Positions 56,481 through 64,000 of a DNA stretch of 64,000 bases are shown here, in pieces. This DNA is from the human T2T-CHM13v2.0 reference genome, Homo sapiens: assembly GCF_009914755.1 (NCBI RefSeq), contig NC_060930.1; one strand, 5' to 3'. How positions within the stretch are numbered: the first letter of the stretch is position 1; every line of letters starts with the position of its first letter. The notes under the pieces are model-generated. The model had not been told where the DNA came from. It worked only from the letters and a program-made list of their open reading frames with translations, and made no database searches. A program made the translations under genes and the position numbers.

Positions 56481-56859
56481 TTTTGAGCATGTTTAAATTG
56501 GTATGAAAGTGAGTCTCTTGCCCATTCAATTTTGGGTAGTCAGAAACATAAGGTTTTTTAACTCTAGAGATTGTTTTGTTTAGCCTGTCTGATATTGAGA
56601 GGGTAAGCTCATTGCTGAGATCAAACACTCGTTTCTTTGTTCCGCAGATCTTGACTTGAAGACACACTGTTAGATATTGTATTAGGTAAGAGAGCTAAAA
56701 AAATTTGTAAGACCTAAAGGAGTTTGTTTAGTGTGGGTTGTGTTTTTGCAAATAAATGATTCTAAAACGATGTGCTAAGTGCTTGTAATAATGGTTTTAA
56801 GAAATAACTACCTCTATACTTATTTTGGGCTGTTGTTCCCCTTGCACCTTGACTTTTGC

Positions 56860-57275
56860 CCATTGGTGGTCTTTACAGTTCCTAGAATGCTGTTTCAAGA
56901 CCTTTGCACGTGCTGTTCTTCTGCCTGGGAAGCTTTCTAACAAGTTTTTGCCTGCTCAGCTTTTGCTCATCTTTCAATTCCTGCTTAAATGTCTTTTCAA
57001 GGGAAATAATTCTCCTTGATCCTCTGAGATTAGGTTAGGCTTCCGTTTATACATAAAAGACAACACCCTGAATCTTTTATTGCACTTATCACAATTGTAA
57101 TTAAACATTATTTAGGTAATTATGGGGTACACTGTATCCCTGCTGGATTATAGCTGTAAGAGAGGAGACCTTGTTTATCTTGGTTAGGGTAGTATCCCCA
57201 GTTTTCAGGACATGTGGTAGGCAAATGTAACTTAGCAAATATTTTTTGAATGAATGAATGTGTGAATGAATGAGC
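56860..57275 (+). mobile_element. L2 3' end
   Basis: cctttgcacgtgctgttc; aaatattttttgaatgaatgaatg. Confidence 0.75.
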
Positions 57276-58688
57276 ACAGAGCCCCTGGCAGGCAGCAGGG
57301 TGTGTGAAAGGGAGTGCACCTGTGAAAGGGAGTGGCATGTGGAGTGACCCTGTTGGGACCAGTCACAGAAGGAGTCTTCATTTGAGCTAGGTTCTGAAGG
57401 TGGAGTGGGATTTCATCAGATAGAGAAGGAATTAAAGGACACAGCTGCACACACACATGTACCAGTATGAAAGAACAGAAGAAGTTTCCATACGGCCCTT
57501 ACTAGATAAGCTTTCTTTAAGCATGATCAGTTTTGGTAGTCTCAGGTCAGAGGAAGAACTGGGATAGTGAGGATTGCAGGCAAATCCTGAGTTAGGAGAT
57601 GTTGAACAGTGGTCCAAGAAGAGGGCAAGAGGACCTGAATTCACACAATGTCAATATATAAGTCAGGGTATAGAGCAGGAAAGAGATCCACTGTAGCTAT
57701 TTTCAGGAATCAGGTACTTACCAAGTCATTGGAAGGGCTGGAGGAGGGAAAGTCAGGGAGCCACTGCTGAACTGCTTTCAAGGCCACACATACCACCACT
57801 GCTACCGCTGCCCCACTGTCATAACTGCTTCTCACCCAGGAGACTGGTATGCTGATGGGGGCATAAGGCCTATGGAGCTGCAACCACTTAGTGTCTGTAG
57901 ACGTTTTTTGTTAGTTGCCCTTTCTGTAGGAATGTGGCCTCTGTCCCACTTGTGCTTTCCATGTGCAGATAATTGGCAGATCCTAATTATGTCCAATACC
58001 TTGCCTTCAAGGGAGTCTTTTAGCTTTCTAACTTTTTCAAAAAGTAGAAACGTGTAGAGCCCATTTGATTGCAAGAGCCAATCCAAGAGTTCATGTTTTT
58101 CATTAAGTCTTTGATATTTTAGAGTTGTTACTTTTAAAGTGTAGTAATATTTACTAAAAAGTAAAGTTCACCTTGGGGAACTGGTGTTTATTATGATGTT
58201 GATGCTTATAGGACAAATTTATATAAGTGAAAGTCTGATTATAATTCACCTAAAGAAATTTGCCAATCTAAAAGTTTCCTCAAAATGTGAAACTTCAGTC
58301 TGATGGGTCTGTTGTTCTTGTAATTCTGCTGATCTCGAGGTTTTTCCTGATTGGGCAGAGCCCTGGTATCAGAGCTGAGATGGAAACCATTGGTCTCTGA
58401 CTCATCAGTTTAAAACTTGGGCTGCATGTTGTCTCCCCTCCTTTTGTTCTTCACAGTTCTTCTTTGTCTTTTTTGTTTGTTTGTTTGTTTGTTTAAGATA
58501 AAACTTTCAGTACTTGACTTCATTAATTAAGGAGGCTTACATCTCCTAAATTGTTGCTGTACAAGATATATATATATATCTTTCTCCACCTTTATTAACC
58601 TATAACAGACTTGAATCCATGCTCTCTTTAAGGCAAAGTAGAATGTTTAAAACGATATACTTTATAAACTCAAAAAAGTGCTTTGGCA

Positions 58689-58987
58689 TTTTTTTTTTCT
58701 TTTTTTTTCTTTTTGGTACAGGGTCTCACTCTGTCGCTGGGCTGGAGTGCGATGTAGGCTCTCTGCAACCTCTCCCTCCTTGGTTCAAGCAATCCTCCCA
58801 CCTCAGCCTCTCAAGTAGCTGGGGCTACAGATGTGTGCGACCATGCCTACCTAATTTTTGTATTTTTTGTAGAGACCACGTTTCGTCATGTTGCCCAGGC
58901 TAGTCTTGAACTCCTGGGTTCGAGTGATCTGCCTCCCTCAGTCTCCCAAAGTGCTGTGATTACAGGTGTGAGCCACCACACCCAGCC
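58689..58987 (-). mobile_element. AluJ/S (intron 1)
   Basis: Full dimer. Confidence 0.93.
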
Positions 58988-59266
58988 CCTTTTGCTTATT
59001 TCAAACGCTTCTACTAATCGTCTTTTCACGGATTAGAATTAAGCCATTTTAGTTCAGTTTCTCAATTTTCTCAATGAAAGAAGATCAAAGAAACTTGGAG
59101 GCCATTTTGTAGTTATTATCAGAAGAGTTGACCGCCTTACATTCTTACCACTGTAAAGAGTTGATTTAACAGACATTTAATTTTGTTGATAAATCAATAT
59201 TTTCTGGGCACTAAAAAGATTAAGTACTACGTTAGATACTACTGTGTGTGTTAAAAAAGTTTTGGA

Positions 59267-59600
<334 letters not shown>

Positions 59601-59940
59601 TTAGAGATCTCAGTAGACATGAAACAATTACCAGTTAACTTCTAATCTATGTTTACATTGGTAGATTCATTAGAAGTTTAGAGATAGGGTAGCTCCATTG
59701 TGACCTGGAGAATGTTAAAAAAAAAAAAAAAGCAAATAATAACATTACATATATACTCACAAATTATATAGTGTTTTTTTTTTGTTTTTTTTTTTACCAG
59801 AGATGATGTACTTCACACTTTACATATACTAACTCATATAATCTTCAAAACAACCTTTGAGGTAGGTAATATTATTACCCAGGTACACAGAACTTAAAGT
59901 AGTGGAGCCAGAAATTTTTTCATTAAAAAAATTTTAGGAG

Positions 59941-60246
59941 GCCTGGAGCAGTGGTGTACACCTGTAATCCCAGCATGTTGGGAGGCCGAGGTGGGTGGAT
60001 CACCTGAGGTCAGGCGTTTGAGACCAGCCTGCCCAACATAGTGAAACCCCATCTCTATTAAAAATACAAAAATTAGTTGGGTGTGGTGGTGCACTCCTGT
60101 AATCCCAGCTACTGGGGAGGCTGAGACAGGAGAATCACTTGAAACCGGAATGCGGAGCTTACAGTGAGCCAAGATCGTGCCATTGCACTATAGCCTGGGC
60201 AACAGAGCGAGACTCCATCTCAAAAAAAAAAAAAAAAGAAAAAAAC
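59941..60246 (+). mobile_element. AluS (intron 1)
   Basis: Full dimer. Confidence 0.94.
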
Positions 60247-60343
60247 AACTTGGAGGGGAGTGACTGGCACTTTCTTAGGACCTGGGGATTAGCAGGGGAT
60301 AGGTAGATAAGGTTCATGCTCAAAAGGATCTGTTAGTCATTGG

Positions 60344-60858
60344 TGTGGAGAAAAGAGTTAACAAAGCAGGCCTTGCGGTGGTTGGCTGACATCTGAGGGG
60401 AATCTTGGGGATGGTCCCACCACCCTAAGTGATGAGTCTGTCATTGTGCCTAAGTTGTTTGTATAATAAATATGGTTTATGTTGAATATCTGCTTTTCTT
60501 CTGGGATTCTGGAATTGGCATATGTGCCAGCCAGGGTTACCTACATGACCAGTCTCCCTAATAACCTTTGGCACTGAGTCTCTGATGAGCATCCCTGGTT
60601 GGCATCATTTTACATGTGTGGTCACAGCTCACTGCTGGGAGAATTAAGTGTGTTCATTGCAACTCAACTGGAAGGGAGCACCCGGACGCTTGCTCCTAAT
60701 TTCCCCTGGACTTTTTGTGACTTTCTCCTTTGCTGATTGTGCTTAGTATCTTTTTGCTATAATAAATCATAACGATGAGTACAACTGTATATTGAATCTT
60801 TTGAATCTTCTTAGCAAATTACTGAACATGAGGGTGGTCTTGGGGAACTCAAAGCATA
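60344..60858 (+). mobile_element. MER21 (MER21C-like) LTR
   Basis: TGTGGAGAAAAGAGTTAACAAAGCAGGCCT...gagggtggtcttgggga. Confidence 0.8.
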
Positions 60859-61337
60859 ATTGGTAATATATATTTTCTTCCAGTATATTATACAGGACAT
60901 GTTGGAGCCTCAGTATATCTGTGCTGGCTCTATAACCTAGCCTGCTAATAAGGGTACAGTCTGGAGGAGCAAGGATGAACATTAGAGGCTTTTATAACCT
61001 GGGGAAATTGTGATTTTATTGAGATGAGATAGGGGTGGGAATCTGAACTGTAGAGTCAGGATTTGAGCCCGGGAGATATAGTCTGTGCTGTTAACTATGT
61101 TTGATGGTATGATAGATAAAACACCTGTTTTTGTTGTAGAAATTTGTGATGTAAGAGATTGTTGTTGGGAAGACTGTCACCTTCGGCTAACTTAAGGTTT
61201 TTCTCAGATTATTGCCAAATGTGTTCAAATGTGGACAATATCTTCATTTTAGTTTCCCTCCTTGCATTTAATAGCAGAACCACCATAACTTCAAAATACC
61301 AATTTAAACAAATTGGAATTTTTGTCTCATCACTAAA

Positions 61338-61660
61338 GTTTATTTTATTTATTTATTTTTTCCTTGTTATAGAGACAGGGTCTCATGCTGTTGCCCAGGC
61401 TGGGGTGCAGTGGCGTGATCATAGCCCATTGCGGCCTCTAACTTCTGGGCTCAAGTGATCCACCTGCCACAGCCTCCCAAGTAGCTGGGACTACAGGCTT
61501 GTCACCATGTATGGCTAATTTAAAAAAAATTTTTTTGTTGGGTGTGGTGGGGAGGGGCCTTGCTATGTTGTTTGGGCTTTCAAACTCATGGCCTCAAGCA
61601 ATCCTCTTGCCTAGGCCTCCTGAAGTGCTAGGATTAGAGGTGTGAGCCACCTCACCTTGC
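61338..61660 (-). mobile_element. AluJ (intron 1)
   Basis: gatcatagc..gggctcaagtgatcc. Confidence 0.92.
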
Positions 61661-62003
61661 GTAAACTTTATTTTAGAAACTTACTGAGTCCACAGATAAG
61701 TGCTTTAGTGTTTTTATTTGTTTTTTGTTTTGTCTTCATATATATATATAATTTTTTTTTTTTTTTTTGCTATATCCTTAGGTCAGATACTGGTCATCTA
61801 CCTGGGCTTTTTAAACCATAGAAACAGCATGATAGAATTGAAAGAACACTAGCTTGGTTGAGCAAAGCTAGGATTCAGTCCAAGCTTTGCCTCTGACTTG
61901 CTTAGTGACCAGTTGTCCTTGTTCTCTTTAATCCTTATTGCAAAGATTTATTTCAACCTTGTATGGTCTGTGTTCTTTCTTGAATCCCATACCTTGTCAC
62001 TTC

Positions 62004-62187
62004 TTTTTTTTTTTTTTTTTTTTTTTTGAGGTGGAGTGCCAGTGGCTCGATCTCGGCTCATTGCAAACTCTGCCTGCCGGGTTGATGCCATTCTTCTGCC
62101 TCAGCCTCCCGAGGAGCTGGTACTACAGGCGCCCGCCACCGCGCCCAGCTAATTTTTTGTATTTTTAGTAGAGACGGGGTTTCGCCG
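62004..62187 (-). mobile_element. AluY-like, 5'-truncated with an internal deletion
   Basis: TSD cataccttgt(c/g)acttct 61988-62004/62188-62204. Confidence 0.9.
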
Positions 62188-62479
62188 CATACCTTGTGAC
62201 TTCTATGTCAGTGTTTACTATTATTATTAAATATATTATTGAGAGTTTATTTTTTGAGTCCTATTGAGATATGGATTGTCATCAAACTTTTATAGTTTTT
62301 ATTTAAAGCTTTTCACTGATGATTTAGGTCTTGCTGAGCAAATTTACCTAGTATTATCTTTAATTATCCCAAGCTATATCACACAACTCATACAACTCTT
62401 CCCCACAGGTTGAGGAGTCCTTTTGTTTAAAATTGTTTCACTGTAATGCTTTCTTACTATTAATGTCAGTATTTCTACC

Positions 62480-62575
62480 TCACATGTTAGGTAGAACTGT
62501 GTTTAACTTGGAGTGGCATTTAGTTACTCAGATGTTAGGTAGAACTGTGTTTAACTTGGAGTGGCATTTAGTTAC
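62480..62575. repeat. 48-bp tandem duplication (2 copies)
   Basis: 62480-62527 and 62528-62575 are 47/48 identical. Confidence 0.95.
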
Positions 62576-63097
62576 AGTATCATATAGAAGTGATTTTTAA
62601 AATTATTTCACTTAAAACAGAGCTTAGATAAAGTGCTCTTGGAAACATGCTAATTTGATGTTTACATATATTTTGAGTGATAAATGTGAGGACCTTGAGG
62701 GTCCGAAGGAAAGAGAATTAAAAGTAATTCTAATAATCTTCCATTCTCTGTGGCCCCTATACCCCAGCAATTTTTGGTCTCCATTTGACTAGAGATCCAA
62801 GTGATTGATGGTAGACCTTCAGATGTCTCTTATTGATCTTTTATAAAGCGTGCCTTTCATTGAGCAGTGATGAGCTCAAGCCTAAACTTAAGAAAATAAG
62901 GGGAATTCTGTGGGAAATAATATTTGGGATAGCTTTATCTTCCATTATAGGAAAAATTCATAAAAATTATGTTTAGCGTAGGGCGTTATTTAGTTCATGC
63001 ATTTCTACTCTTGGAAGTTGCTTTTGGTGTAGGGTGATGATGGTGCACAGTGACAAAAAAATTAACAGAAGAATGTTTAAGTGAAATGATCATCACC

Positions 63098-63538
63098 AGT
63101 ATATTAATTTCCTGTTGCTGCTATTAAAAAATCCTACAAACTGAATGGCTTAAAACAATACCAATTTATCATTTTAGCAGGTTTGCAGGTCAGAGTCCAA
63201 AAAGAGTCTTATTGAGCTAAAGGCAAGGTGTTAGCAGGCTTGCATTCCTTTTGGAGGTTCTAGGGGAGAATCTGTTTTCTTTTCCAGCTTGGAGAGGCCA
63301 CCTGCATTCCTTGGCTCATGGCTCCTTCCTCCATCTTTGAAACTAGCAGTGTGTCATCCTTGATTCTGCTCCTCCTTGCCCTCCACTTCCATCATTACAT
63401 CTTCTCTGGCATGTTTATGACCTTTTGGCTTTATCTGGGTAATACAGGACAATACTGCCATCTCAGTGTCCTTAAGTTATTCACAGAGATTCCAAGGATA
63501 GAACAGGACTTCTTTGGGGGCCATTATTCTGCCTAACA
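63098..63538 (-). mobile_element. MLT1 (C/D-like) LTR
   Basis: tattaatttcctgttgctgcta..ggaggttctaggggagaatctg..gggggccattattctgccta. Confidence 0.85.
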
Positions 63539-63575
63539 AAGTGGATTTGTGATAAAAATTATATATGGAATCTAG

Positions 63576-63894
<319 letters not shown>

Positions 63895-64000
63895 TTATAA
63901 GTGGTACAGAGTTGGGTGTATTTAAGATGGTATGGGATGATGAAGTACTACTTAAATTAGCCTTTCTCACAGGACCTATTTAAAAATACATGCATGCAAG

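Overview
Primate genomic DNA, almost certainly human because it carries AluYa5- and AluYb-lineage insertions. About 52 kb of repeat-dense intergenic sequence precedes the CpG-island promoter, first coding exon (52600-52717) and first ~11 kb of intron 1 of SMAP1 (ArfGAP, + strand). The repeats include about 50 Alus, Tigger1, MER45/MER47/MER3 DNA transposons, MaLR/ERVL/LTR12/MER21 LTRs and L1/L2/MIR fragments. The only other gene-derived sequence is a decayed processed pseudogene of ADP/ATP translocase SLC25A6 on the - strand. Almost all ORFs in the supplied track are Alu or other repeat artefacts. I found no convincing new multi-gene system. The best leads are: candidate alternative SMAP1 first exons that would remove the first CxxC of the ArfGAP zinc finger; DUX4- and NF-Y-type LTR promoters upstream of SMAP1; young Alu insertions; and several template-switch or templated-insertion scars (a 31-bp copy from 2.6 kb away, perfect palindromes, a 9-nt micro-Alu). 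Repeat subfamily names come from remembered consensus sequences and need RepeatMasker/Dfam confirmation. Boundaries of old repeats are approximate.
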